A stretch of DNA of 64,000 bases from Anaerolineales bacterium (GCA_041686005.1 JAWLER010000007.1:8794-72793); one strand, 5' to 3'; shown: positions 29,514 through 39,037, numbered from the stretch's first letter. Notes: generated from the sequence alone by a model not told the origin. Translations and numbers: made by a program.

Positions 29514-30311
29514 ATGGTTTCTATTGTAGTTTGTGTCAAGGCCGTCCCTGACCCTGAAAAAGCGGACGAAATCAGGATCGATCCGGTCACCAAAGCCCTG
29601 CCCAGGCAGGATGTCCCCTTGGTGATTAATCCCCTGGATCGAAATGCTCTGGAGGCAGCGTTACAGTTTAAAGAAGGGGGGAAAGTGCATATCACTGTGG
29701 TCAGCATGGGACCCCCTCCAGCTGGAAAAGTGGTCAAGGAATGCTTGGCTTTGGGAGCAGATGAGGGGATCCTTTTATCTGATCCCGCCTTTGCAGGGGC
29801 AGATGCCTATGCGACTGCGTTTACGCTTGCCAAGGCCATCCAGAAACTGGATAAGACAGACTGCATCCTCTGTGGGAGGGCGAGCAGCGACGGGGCAACT
29901 GAGTGGGTGGGGCCTGAGTTAGCCACCTTTTTGGGTATACCGGTAGTGACCATGGTCCGCGAATTCGTTGCGACTGGGGATGAGAGATGGAAAGTCAAAG
30001 CTGATCTCGCGGACGGATACCGATTGGTCGAAGTAGAGATGCCGGCTGTATTTACAGTGACCAAGGATCTCAACACACCCCGTACCCTCCGTTATTCAGG
30101 GATCATAAAGGCCAGAAAGAAGGGGATCACCACCTGGGGGTTGGATGAGTTAGACGTGTCCGAGTCCTCCGTGGGATTGAAAGGCTCTCCTACGGTGATG
30201 TCCGATTTGACGTATGTCGAAAGAAAATCCACCTGTCAGTTCATCGAAGGCACATTGGAAGAGAAAGCGGATTTTCTGATCCAGAAGATGATGGAGGTAG
30301 GGGTGTTATGA
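29514..30311 (+). CDS. etfB: Electron transfer flavoprotein beta subunit
   Basis: IVVCVKAVPD, INPLD..ALEAAL, SMGPP, FAGAD..ATA, GLKGSPT. Confidence 0.92.
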   Translation: MVSIVVCVKAVPDPEKADEIRIDPVTKALPRQDVPLVINPLDRNALEAALQFKEGGKVHITVVSMGPPPAGKVVKECLALGADEGILLSDPAFAGADAYATAFTLAKAIQKLDKTDCILCGRASSDGATEWVGPELATFLGIPVVTMVREFVATGDERWKVKADLADGYRLVEVEMPAVFTVTKDLNTPRTLRYSGIIKARKKGITTWGLDELDVSESSVGLKGSPTVMSDLTYVERKSTCQFIEGTLEEKADFLIQKMMEVGVL

Positions 30312-31303
30312 GTCGAGGGTCAACCAACTCCGTCTGGGTCATTGCCGAAGGCATTGGGGGGCGCATCCCCGGGGTCTGTCTTGAGTTAATCGGAAAAGCG
30401 CGAACATTAGGGGACACATTAGGAGGAGAGGTTGGGGTCCTTCTTCTGGGGTATGGGATTCAAGAGCAGGTGGATGAGCTTTTTCATGCAGGTGCGGATG
30501 TGGTTTATCTGGGAGATTCGCCTGTATATGAAAAGTATCAACCCGAGATTTTCACGGAAACAATCGTTCCTTTGTCAAAAGAGGTTCAGCCCCAGATCAT
30601 CTTGCTGGGTTCGACATTCATGGGTAGAGAGCAGGCGCCCCTTATCGCTGCCCGGCTTGGCACGGGGTTAACCGCCCATTGTATCGACCTGATCATCAAT
30701 GAAGAGGGGATTCTGGAGCAAAAGATCCCGGCCTATGGGGGGATGATGACCATCGTCTGCCCGGAAAAACGACCTCAAATGGCGACTGTCACCCAAGGCG
30801 TTTTTCCCATGCCCGATTTGGACATGAGCCGGTCGGGGAAAATCATACCCGTCGAACCGCCGGAAGGGCTTAGGACTCGCGTGGAGACCCTCAAGGTGGT
30901 CAGGAAAAAACCGGAAGGCGTCCCCCTCGAATCCGCGCCGGTGGTGATCGCTGGCGGGGCAGGGGCGGGATGCGCTGAAGGTTGGCAGGAGATTGAAGAT
31001 TTAGCGAAAACGCTGAATGCAGCTGTGGGTTCAACCCGTCCTGCTGTTGACGAGGGGTGGACGGAACTGGAGACCATGATTGGTCAGAGTGGGAAAATGG
31101 TCCATCCTGAATTCTACATCGCGGTCGGGATCTCTGGCGATATGCAGCATATGGTGGGCATCAGTGGGGCGAAAGCCATGGTGGCTGTTAACAACGATCC
31201 CCAAGCCCCGGTTTTCGAACAGGTGGATTACGGTATTGTGGCAGATTGCCGTGAGTTTATCCCCATTTTGTTACGAAAGTTGAGGGAGAAAGGCGATTTG
31301 TAA
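30308..31303 (+). CDS. etfA: Electron transfer flavoprotein alpha subunit
   Basis: GLTAHC, RPQMATV, GSTRPAVDEGW, IGQSGK.V.P..YIAVGISG..QH. Confidence 0.93.
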   Translation: MSRGSTNSVWVIAEGIGGRIPGVCLELIGKARTLGDTLGGEVGVLLLGYGIQEQVDELFHAGADVVYLGDSPVYEKYQPEIFTETIVPLSKEVQPQIILLGSTFMGREQAPLIAARLGTGLTAHCIDLIINEEGILEQKIPAYGGMMTIVCPEKRPQMATVTQGVFPMPDLDMSRSGKIIPVEPPEGLRTRVETLKVVRKKPEGVPLESAPVVIAGGAGAGCAEGWQEIEDLAKTLNAAVGSTRPAVDEGWTELETMIGQSGKMVHPEFYIAVGISGDMQHMVGISGAKAMVAVNNDPQAPVFEQVDYGIVADCREFIPILLRKLREKGDL

Positions 31304-31352
31304 GTGACAGGTTTATAAGATCGTCAATGCCCTTTCTAGTGGAGATATTCCG

Positions 31353-32861
31353 ATGATCGATCTTGAAGAGCGCAAAGCCAGCATCCAACCCATCAAGTCC
31401 AAGTTACAAATCAGTATTCTTGATGACCAGGAAATTAAGCAGATCAATGAGAGCACGCGCGCGGTTTTAGAGGAGATCGGCGTGAAGTTCCCCTCCTCAA
31501 AAGCACTCCAGCTTTTTGCGGATGTGGGCGCGGATGTCGATTTTAAAACCCAGATCGTCAAGATCTCCCCTGATTTGCTTGACACATATCTTGAGACTTC
31601 CCCTCGTTCGTACAAGATGGCGGGGCTGCGCCCTGATCTCGATGTCCCTGTGGGAGAAGGAGAAGGGACATATTTTTACTGCAGCGGTGAGGCGCCCAAA
31701 ATCGTTGATTTTAAGACGGGAAAACGCCGGCTCTCCGTAAAAGAGGATATCGCGAACCATGCCCGCATCGCTGATTATCTTCCGATCGTATCCCTGGTGT
31801 GGCCGTCGGTCAGTGCCAGCGATAAAGATGTGACCTCCCCTCTTCACGGCTTGGAAGCCTGTTACAACAATACGGAGAAACACATCGAGACCGAATCGGT
31901 CATGGATGAAGTTTCAGCTCAATATGCAGTAGATATGGCTACTGTCATCGCTGGGAGCAAAGAGAAGTTGCGTGAACGACCGATTCTATCGCAACTCCTC
32001 TGTGCCATCGCCCCCCTGGCGCATGATAAAGGGGGAATAGAGGCTGCGATGGTCTTTGCTGAGCACGGCATACCGGTTGGCCTGATGTCGATGCCTACCT
32101 TAGGCCTTACAGGCCCGCCAACCGCTGCCGGGTCTTTGACATTGGCCATGGCTGAGGTGCTAAGTGGCATCATGCTCACCCAAATCATTTACCCCGGAGT
32201 GGGAAATTACATCTCCATAAACCCGGGGAGTATGGACCCTCGCACGGGGGAATATTTCATGGCTTCAGGTGTGGTACAGGTCACCAATGTCGCCGGTATC
32301 CAGCTATCACACGCCAACGGCATCCCCGTGCTTGCCTGCCATTCCTTTGGCGGTAGCCAGTATGAATTAGGCAATTGGCAGGCCGGTTATGAAAATTTAT
32401 ATTCTCACTTTTTGGCGGTGATGAGTGGGGCAGATATGTCCTTTGGTCCCAGTGGGATGTATGAAGCGGTCAGCCTGCTTGACCACCCCCGGATTTTATT
32501 TGATCGCGAAATCCTGCGTGTGATCGATGAGATCACGCAGGGGATCGAGGTCAACGAGGAGACGCTTGCTTTTGAGATGATCCGCGAAGTTGGGCATCAA
32601 GGTATTTATGTCTCACGAAAAGAAACGGTGGATTTTTACCGGTCGATGTGGCCTCAGGACTCGATTCTTTATGAAGACGGAAAAGCAGAAGGGCGGAAAT
32701 GGCGCGATCCGGTGGATGTGGCGCGAGAAAGGATCGGCTGGATCCTTGAAAACCATAAACCGGAACCCCTACCTCAGGATGTCAAGGCAGAGGTCAGGAA
32801 AATTGTGGCTGCGGCCGATCGGGATGAAGAGTTGGAAAAAGCAGTCAGAGGAGGGAGATGA
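31353..32861 (+). CDS. Trimethylamine methyltransferase (MttB) superfamily protein, non-pyrrolysine
   Basis: VLEEIGV, G.TGPPT.AG.L....AE.LSG...Q...PG, MDPRTG, GIEVNEETLA...IREVG, H.PEPLP. No in-frame UAG. Confidence 0.88.
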   Translation: MIDLEERKASIQPIKSKLQISILDDQEIKQINESTRAVLEEIGVKFPSSKALQLFADVGADVDFKTQIVKISPDLLDTYLETSPRSYKMAGLRPDLDVPVGEGEGTYFYCSGEAPKIVDFKTGKRRLSVKEDIANHARIADYLPIVSLVWPSVSASDKDVTSPLHGLEACYNNTEKHIETESVMDEVSAQYAVDMATVIAGSKEKLRERPILSQLLCAIAPLAHDKGGIEAAMVFAEHGIPVGLMSMPTLGLTGPPTAAGSLTLAMAEVLSGIMLTQIIYPGVGNYISINPGSMDPRTGEYFMASGVVQVTNVAGIQLSHANGIPVLACHSFGGSQYELGNWQAGYENLYSHFLAVMSGADMSFGPSGMYEAVSLLDHPRILFDREILRVIDEITQGIEVNEETLAFEMIREVGHQGIYVSRKETVDFYRSMWPQDSILYEDGKAEGRKWRDPVDVARERIGWILENHKPEPLPQDVKAEVRKIVAAADRDEELEKAVRGGR

Positions 32862-32908
32862 ATGGGAGCGGGGTTCTTAGGAAAGGGGGATTCCTGTAAT
32901 GAGGTCTT

Positions 32909-34177
32909 CTAGGGGTTCTTGACCAGGCTCAGCTCGCCCTCAGCCGCTGCCTGCAGCACGGATCCCATGTATTCATCCACCATCTCGGGGGAGAGGGGGA
33001 TGGGCATGTTCTGAAGCTTCATCTTCAGTTGGGGGTCCTTGGCTGCCGTCAGCGCACGCTGAATGTGTCCCTCTGTGAATCCCTCTACCTCTCCCAGATT
33101 GGTGGGGAAACCGATCTCGCGGCTCAAAGCCAGCATGACTTCGCCGACCGCCAACCCCAGATCGCGACCGGACAGGTCCTCGATGCTCGCGTCAGTGAAA
33201 CCGGCCTCCCGGTAAATCCCCCCGATCACCTTGAGCGGCTTCTGGATGGCGGGGGCGAAGAACACCGTGTAGTAAGGGTTCATGATCGCGCAGGCCCGCC
33301 CGTGGCTGAGGATGTCCACCAGTGAAAAGCTGGTCAGGTGGCCTCCGTTGGTGCCGCCCACCATGATCGCGTATCCGCCCAGGTCGGTGCCCAGACAGAG
33401 TGCCTCTCGGGACCGGACATCTTTGGGGTGTTGGATGGCATCTGGGAGGTGTTTGACGATCAGGCTGATCCCGACTTCCGCGATCTCTTCTGCTTTCTCG
33501 TAATAGGGCTTCCCCACCGCGCCGTAGAGGACTTCCAAAGAATGGGAAATGCCGTCCATGGCCCCATCCACGGTGAGGTCGAAGGGGGCATCATATGTGG
33601 TCACATCATCGAAGACTGGGCAGTCGGGCACGATGGCTTGGTCGACGATTAACTTCTTCTGTCCCGTGGAGAGGTCGGTGATATTGGCATATTTGGTCAG
33701 ATGGGCTGCGGAACTCGCCGCGGTCTGGATGGCGATGTGGGGGGATAATGATTTTCCACTCTTTTCTAGGGTTTGCGTGATCAGACCTGTGCCGAAGTAG
33801 TCGTCGATCTCACCCCCCAGCGTACGCAGCACCTCCGCGGCCTTGCTGGCGTCGATGTTGCTGCCCCCGCCGAAGCTGACCACCACATCGGGGTTCGCTG
33901 CTTTGAGTTCCGCGGTCATGCGCATGAGATCCTCGCGCGGCGCGTTGGGTCGCGGTCCCTTGATCACGCCGACAAAGGCGAGCCCCAAGGTATGGAGCGA
34001 TTCCTGGATGGCGTGCACATAATCGTCCGTACCAGGAAAGGTGCTGCGTATCAAGACAGGTCGCTCCCCCTTCTGGGCGATGATCTCGCCCACCCGCGAT
34101 AAGACGCCCGCCCCATAAAGGTATCGATTTCCCTTAAACTCGTACAGCAGTTTCCGGGCCTGCCTGAACCTATCCAT
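32909..34177 (-). CDS. Iron-containing alcohol dehydrogenase family protein
   Basis: SFGGGSNIDASK, DGAMDGISHSLE, GGH, SHG...A. Confidence 0.88.
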   Translation of the reverse strand: MDRFRQARKLLYEFKGNRYLYGAGVLSRVGEIIAQKGERPVLIRSTFPGTDDYVHAIQESLHTLGLAFVGVIKGPRPNAPREDLMRMTAELKAANPDVVVSFGGGSNIDASKAAEVLRTLGGEIDDYFGTGLITQTLEKSGKSLSPHIAIQTAASSAAHLTKYANITDLSTGQKKLIVDQAIVPDCPVFDDVTTYDAPFDLTVDGAMDGISHSLEVLYGAVGKPYYEKAEEIAEVGISLIVKHLPDAIQHPKDVRSREALCLGTDLGGYAIMVGGTNGGHLTSFSLVDILSHGRACAIMNPYYTVFFAPAIQKPLKVIGGIYREAGFTDASIEDLSGRDLGLAVGEVMLALSREIGFPTNLGEVEGFTEGHIQRALTAAKDPQLKMKLQNMPIPLSPEMVDEYMGSVLQAAAEGELSLVKNP

Positions 34178-34362
34178 GTCTACTCCTTGTTACGGTTCTG
34201 GATCAAGGGGGCCTCCCCCCATAGCCCTAAGTTTTTTGTTGTCTCAACCCATCATAATAGGGACGTTTTCCATCTAGAAAAATAAAAAGTTTTATCCTCA
34301 ATATATTGTATAGTAAATACATAGGTATCTGGTCAGGTCCAATTGGGCAATAAATCAATGTT

Positions 34363-34404
34363 TTGTAATAAATTTATGACAAGCGTAAACTAAAATGCTA
34401 TAAT
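34363..34404 (+). promoter_or_regulatory. Sigma70-type promoter of the ZIP gene with an overlapping palindromic operator
   Basis: ATGACA-17 nt-TATAAT with TG extension. Near-perfect palindrome TTGTAATAAATTTATGACAA (34363-34382) overlaps the -35. Confidence 0.55.
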
Positions 34405-34443
34405 GAGGGTGCTTGTAAGCATTGAGTCCGGAAAAGGGATCCC

Positions 34444-35181
34444 ATGTTTTCAACCACATTTCTTTCTGTCTTTGCCGCCAGCTTGGTGGCCTGCCTGGTG
34501 ACCATGGTGGGCATCTTTGTGATCAATAAATATGAGGAGTGGGGCAGCGCGAATGTGGTCTATTTCATGAGCTTCGCTGCCGGGGTGCTGATCTCCGTGT
34601 CCTTCCTGCACATCGTCCCCAAATCCCTGACCATGACTGATGCTGCTCCTGCCTTCCTGCTGGCAGGTTTCTTGGTCCTCTACCTCATCAACCGCTTCTT
34701 GCACACCTATATTTGCCACGAATACGATTCCGAGGCTTATGTGTGGGGTTTAATACCCATGTTGGGGATCGGTTTTCACTCTTTTTTGGATGGGGTCATT
34801 TACTCGGTGTCCTTTCGGGTCAGCATTTTCACGGGCGTGTTAACGGTGATTGGCATGATCCTCCATGAATTTCCGGAAGGGATCGTGACCTTCCTTCTCT
34901 TGGAACGGGGGGGACTCGGTCGCAGGAAATCGGTCTGGCTGGCGATTCTATCTGCTGCGATCTCCACACCATTGGGCACGCTGGTATCATATCCATTGAT
35001 CAGCGAAATCGACCAGACCACGCTCGGGACCCTCCTGGCCTTGTCGTCCGGGGCTCTCGTCTATGTGGGCGCGTCCCACCTCCTGCCCGCAGTGGAGAGG
35101 GAGGAGAAACGCTATTCCTTGGTTTCCTTGGCCATGGGCGTTTTAGTCGCTGTCATCATCGTGATGTCCAAGGGCAAATGA
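34444..35181 (+). CDS. ZIP family metal transporter
   Basis: SFAAGVL, HSFLDG and LHEFPEG metal-site motifs. Multiple TM helices. Confidence 0.92.
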   Translation: MFSTTFLSVFAASLVACLVTMVGIFVINKYEEWGSANVVYFMSFAAGVLISVSFLHIVPKSLTMTDAAPAFLLAGFLVLYLINRFLHTYICHEYDSEAYVWGLIPMLGIGFHSFLDGVIYSVSFRVSIFTGVLTVIGMILHEFPEGIVTFLLLERGGLGRRKSVWLAILSAAISTPLGTLVSYPLISEIDQTTLGTLLALSSGALVYVGASHLLPAVEREEKRYSLVSLAMGVLVAVIIVMSKGK

Positions 35182-35273
35182 AGTATGAAAATTCCGGAGT
35201 GAAAGTTTTTCCTTGATGATTTGTCACTGCCTATCAAGGGTTTTTTGTTTTTATGGCTAAGGGATGGACGGGT

Positions 35274-36044
35274 ATGAATTTAAACGGGAAAATCTCTCTT
35301 GTCACCGGCGGAGCGGGGGGAATTGGGAGGGCAATCTGTGAGAAGTTAGCTGGCTTGGGATCGTTTGTTTATATCTGCGATATCAAAAAGGCAGAGGAGG
35401 TGGCACAGCGCATCAATGCTGGATATCAGGAGGTGAGAGCCAGCGCAGCACCTTGTGATATAGCAGATCGAGCCGCTGTGGAATCCCTGTATGCCCGTAT
35501 AGGGCAAGAAAAGGGCGGGGTGGATATCCTCGTAAACAATGCTGCGGTATACGGTCCGCTGGCGGATCATCATTTCCCCCACTTGTCCCATGAAGACTTT
35601 ATTAAAACCATCCAGGTTGACCTCTCCGGGGCGATGTACTGCACCCTCTTGGCCCTTCCCCGCATGATGCGGGAAGGGTGGGGAAGGATCCTTTTCACCG
35701 CGGCACCCATGTCCTCCTCCGGCATTCCCTCTCCATACCTCGCGGGAAAAGCTGGCTTTATGGGGCTGACTAAGTATCTCTCCCGGCGTTACGGGGAAGA
35801 CGGCATCTTTACCTTCGCCCTGGCGCTCAGGCATGTCGACACCCCGATGATAAGAAAGGTGATGAAGAGCAGGGGACATGATCCCGCGAGCGCTGTCAAG
35901 TCCCTCCACGAGGAGTCGCTGACGGGACGAATGATCACCCCTGAAGAAATCGCCGATATCTACGCCCATGTGATCTGCACAGCACCTCCTGGGCTGAATG
36001 GGATGGTCATCCCTGCAGATGGCGGGATCACGTACCTGCGATAG
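35274..36044 (+). CDS. SDR family oxidoreductase
   Basis: TGGAGGIG, VNNAA, YLAGK (YxxxK), DGG. Confidence 0.88.
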   Translation: MNLNGKISLVTGGAGGIGRAICEKLAGLGSFVYICDIKKAEEVAQRINAGYQEVRASAAPCDIADRAAVESLYARIGQEKGGVDILVNNAAVYGPLADHHFPHLSHEDFIKTIQVDLSGAMYCTLLALPRMMREGWGRILFTAAPMSSSGIPSPYLAGKAGFMGLTKYLSRRYGEDGIFTFALALRHVDTPMIRKVMKSRGHDPASAVKSLHEESLTGRMITPEEIADIYAHVICTAPPGLNGMVIPADGGITYLR

Positions 36045-36056
36045 AGGAGACATGTT

Positions 36057-36773
36057 ATGAGGGCTGAGCCCATGATGGACTATGCAGGCAAGAGGGGGGT
36101 CATATTTGGGGCGAGCAGTTTTGTGGGGAAGGTGGTGGCGAGTGATCTCGTGCAGCGCGGCGTCCACCTGTGTTTGCTCGATCTTCAAAATCATGTCGAT
36201 CCTGATCTGTTACAAGGCGTCCAAAGTCTTGGTTCCGATGGCGAGGTCATTTCAAAGGTTGTAACTTCCGGGGAGGAAGACGATTTTATCAAAGCGCTGG
36301 ATCAAGCTGTGGATGAGCTGGGTGATCTTGATTACTTAATCTGCGCATTCTATCTGGAGAGGGGGTATGAGAGCCAGGGGATGGATGACCTGAATCTGGA
36401 CAGCTGGGATCAGCTCCTGGGGGATTGGGTGGTGAACACTTTTTTGGTTACCCGGGCTGCTTTCCCCCACTTGGCCCGGGAAGGAGGGGGAAGGATCGTC
36501 TTCTTTAATGCCACAACGGGGTATACCGGCGAGGGGGAGGGGGAAGGAGAGGTGACGGTCGAGGGTTCCATCCTTGAGTGCGCTTGCTCCAGCGCATTAA
36601 CGGGGATGATGACCTCCATCGCCCGCGATATCATCCCCGAGGGTGTCTCGGTCAATGGCGTCGCTTTGGGTCCGAATTATAGGGACGATTTGGATAGGAT
36701 CCTCTGGGCCACTGATTTCTGGCTCTCCGGGATGTGTGATTATGCCTGCGGGCAGATATTGAGACTATACTGA
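36057..36773 (+). CDS. Degenerate SDR-fold protein lacking catalytic YxxxK
   Basis: GASSFVG, GGRIVF, SVNGVALG and GQIL match SDR layout. The catalytic motif region reads ECACSSA. Confidence 0.75.
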   Translation: MRAEPMMDYAGKRGVIFGASSFVGKVVASDLVQRGVHLCLLDLQNHVDPDLLQGVQSLGSDGEVISKVVTSGEEDDFIKALDQAVDELGDLDYLICAFYLERGYESQGMDDLNLDSWDQLLGDWVVNTFLVTRAAFPHLAREGGGRIVFFNATTGYTGEGEGEGEVTVEGSILECACSSALTGMMTSIARDIIPEGVSVNGVALGPNYRDDLDRILWATDFWLSGMCDYACGQILRLY

Positions 36774-36803
36774 ATAGAGGCCTACGAGGAAGCTGAACAA
36801 AGG

Positions 36804-37445
36804 ATGAAACACATGGAGAACGAGTGGAGAAGAGAAATACTCAAGGCATGGGGCATCGATAATCTCCCACTAGACCAGCAGGTGATTGAGGTTTTTGAAA
36901 AAGTTCGCGATATCCCCTTTGGGCGCATGGGCTCGCGAGATCCGTGGGATGTGTACCGGCGGAACAAGGGCACCTGTTCGGGGAAGAATTTCCTGCTCAA
37001 AGCGCTCTATAAAAACCTTGGTTTGGAAACTAGGGACATGATCTGCCTCCAGCGCTGGAAGGACCTGACCTGGTTCCCAGATGACACCTATAGGATCGTC
37101 GAGTTCCCGGATGAATTGCTGGAAATGATGGGGGAAACGGAGATCGTCGATTTTCACAATTACCTGCTCGTACAGCGGGACGGGCGCTGGGTCCGGGTGG
37201 ACGCGACGGTCGACCTCCCCCTCACCAAGTTGGGGTTCTACACCACGGATGAGTGGGACGGGATGTCGGATATGCCCCTCTGCTTTGTGGGTACGGACAA
37301 GGTCTGGGACTGCGGCGACAGGGGGCGTGAAAAGAAAGCGAACTTGACTGCCTCTCTCCCTGAAGAGATCCGAGAGGCGCGAGACCTCTTCCTGGAGAGA
37401 ATGACAACCTGGATTGATGAGCTGCGGGAGCGCGGGGAGATCTGA
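36804..37445 (+). CDS. Transglutaminase-like domain protein
   Basis: Putative Cys-His-Asp triad: GTCSGKN, FHNYL, VDAT. Confidence 0.7.
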   Translation: MKHMENEWRREILKAWGIDNLPLDQQVIEVFEKVRDIPFGRMGSRDPWDVYRRNKGTCSGKNFLLKALYKNLGLETRDMICLQRWKDLTWFPDDTYRIVEFPDELLEMMGETEIVDFHNYLLVQRDGRWVRVDATVDLPLTKLGFYTTDEWDGMSDMPLCFVGTDKVWDCGDRGREKKANLTASLPEEIREARDLFLERMTTWIDELRERGEI

Positions 37446-37532
37446 TCCTTTCTCTCAACGAAAGACTTTTTCTAATTTCCCTAAGATAGACCTCCACAGC
37501 TTCCGATATTTGACGTCACGGTTTTTCTCTGT

Positions 37533-38825
37533 TCACTTGCTCCCCAAGGCTTGTTCCAAATCCCACAGGAGATCATCGATGTCCTCCAGGCCGATGCTGA
37601 GCCGGATGTAATTGGGGGATACACCGGCGTCCGCCAGCTGCTGCGGTGAGAGCTGGCTGTGGGTGGTGCTGGCGGGGTGGATGGCCAGGCTGCGCGTGTC
37701 CCCCACATTTGCCAGATGGGTGATCAGCTGTAGGCTGTTGATGAACCGCTCCCCCGCCTCTCTTCCACCAGTAATCCCAAATCCTAAAATCCCTCCCGGC
37801 CCTTTGGGTAGATACTTCTGGGCTTTCTCGTGATCGGGGTGGCTTTCCAACCCGGGATAGGACACCCATTCCACGGCTGGATGGCCCTCCAGGAATTCGG
37901 CCACACCCTGGGTGTTGTGGACGTGGCGGTCCATGCGCACGCTGAGCGTTTCCAGTCCCTGGATGGTCAGCCAGGAATTGAAGGGGGCCTGGGAGGCGCC
38001 CAGGTCGCGCAGGATCTGAGACCGGGCCTTGGTGATGAAGGCTTCCTCTCCCAACTCAGCATAGACCAGCCCTTGATTCCCCGGATCCGGGGTGGTGAAA
38101 TCGGGGAAGCGCTCGCTTTGGGCCCAATCGAAATTCCCGCCGTCGACGACGATGCCGCCGATAGTGGTCCCGTGTCCGCTGATGAATTTGGTCGTGGAGT
38201 GGACTACGATGTTGGCCCCCCAATCCAAGGGGCGGCAGAGATACGGCGTGGCGAAAGTGTTGTCGATCACCAGAGGTAAGGCGTGTTCACGGGCGATCCG
38301 GGAGACCTCTTCGAGGGGGAAGACATTGATGCTCGGGTTGCCCAGGATCTCCCCCCAGATCAATTTTGTGTTGGGCTGGATGGCGAGGCGGAAGTGCTCC
38401 GGGTCGGTTGGGTCGACAAAGGTGGTTTTGATGCCCAGACGGGGAAACGTGTAGGCCAACTGACTGATGGTCCCCCCATACAGGGTGGAGGCGGCCACGA
38501 TATGATCCCTGGCGCTGCACAGGGTGAGGACCACCATGACCTGCGCGGCATGCCCGGAACTGGCGGCCAGCGCCCCTGATCCCCCCTCTAAATTCGCCAT
38601 GCGGCGCTCCAAGACATCGCTGGTGGGGTTCATGATCCGGGTGTAGATGTTCCCCTCCTCCTTGTGGGAAAACAAACGGGCGGCATGTTCCGTGCTTTCG
38701 AAGGCATAAGAGGAGGTCTGGTAAATGGGCACGGCGCTGGATCCCGTGGTTGGATCGGGTTCATAACCGGCGTGGATCTGGCGGGTCGAGAACCCATATG
38801 GGTGAGGGGAGGATGATTTTTTCAT
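37533..38825 (-). CDS. metY: O-acetylhomoserine aminocarboxypropyltransferase / cysteine synthase
   Basis: VPIYQTSSY, IYTRIMNPT, IDNTFATP, HSTTKFISGHG (PLP Lys), LANVGD.RSL.IHPASTTH, IRLSIGLE. Confidence 0.92.
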   Translation of the reverse strand: MKKSSSPHPYGFSTRQIHAGYEPDPTTGSSAVPIYQTSSYAFESTEHAARLFSHKEEGNIYTRIMNPTSDVLERRMANLEGGSGALAASSGHAAQVMVVLTLCSARDHIVAASTLYGGTISQLAYTFPRLGIKTTFVDPTDPEHFRLAIQPNTKLIWGEILGNPSINVFPLEEVSRIAREHALPLVIDNTFATPYLCRPLDWGANIVVHSTTKFISGHGTTIGGIVVDGGNFDWAQSERFPDFTTPDPGNQGLVYAELGEEAFITKARSQILRDLGASQAPFNSWLTIQGLETLSVRMDRHVHNTQGVAEFLEGHPAVEWVSYPGLESHPDHEKAQKYLPKGPGGILGFGITGGREAGERFINSLQLITHLANVGDTRSLAIHPASTTHSQLSPQQLADAGVSPNYIRLSIGLEDIDDLLWDLEQALGSK

Positions 38826-39037
38826 CGGAAATATCTCCTAGGATATGCAGGGATGATTACCTGAAGCGGTGGAAGATTTGTCTTGGATCTGCATGCTTTC
38901 AAGTCCAGAAACCGCATCCGCGCTGACTAGACTTATTATACTTAGGAATGACGTTGGTGCTTATCCATCCCGCCGACTGGATCGCTCGCAGAGAACGGTG
39001 ATGAAGAAGGGCCGAAATATTCAAGCTTTAGTCACGA

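Noticed and set aside
31353-32861. Pyrrolysine recoding in MttB
   Set aside because: Full-length ORF without an in-frame TAG, and no pyl genes in the window.
35346-36194. 282-aa minus-strand ORF (likewise 49935-50789, 55724-56395 and 57930-58565)
   Set aside because: Each lies antisense to a well-supported gene, which is typical of GC-rich shadow ORFs.
38826-38945. SAM riboswitch upstream of metY
   Set aside because: No SAM-I core (ATC.AGAG...GAGGGA...GCAACC) or T-box motif found in the short leader.
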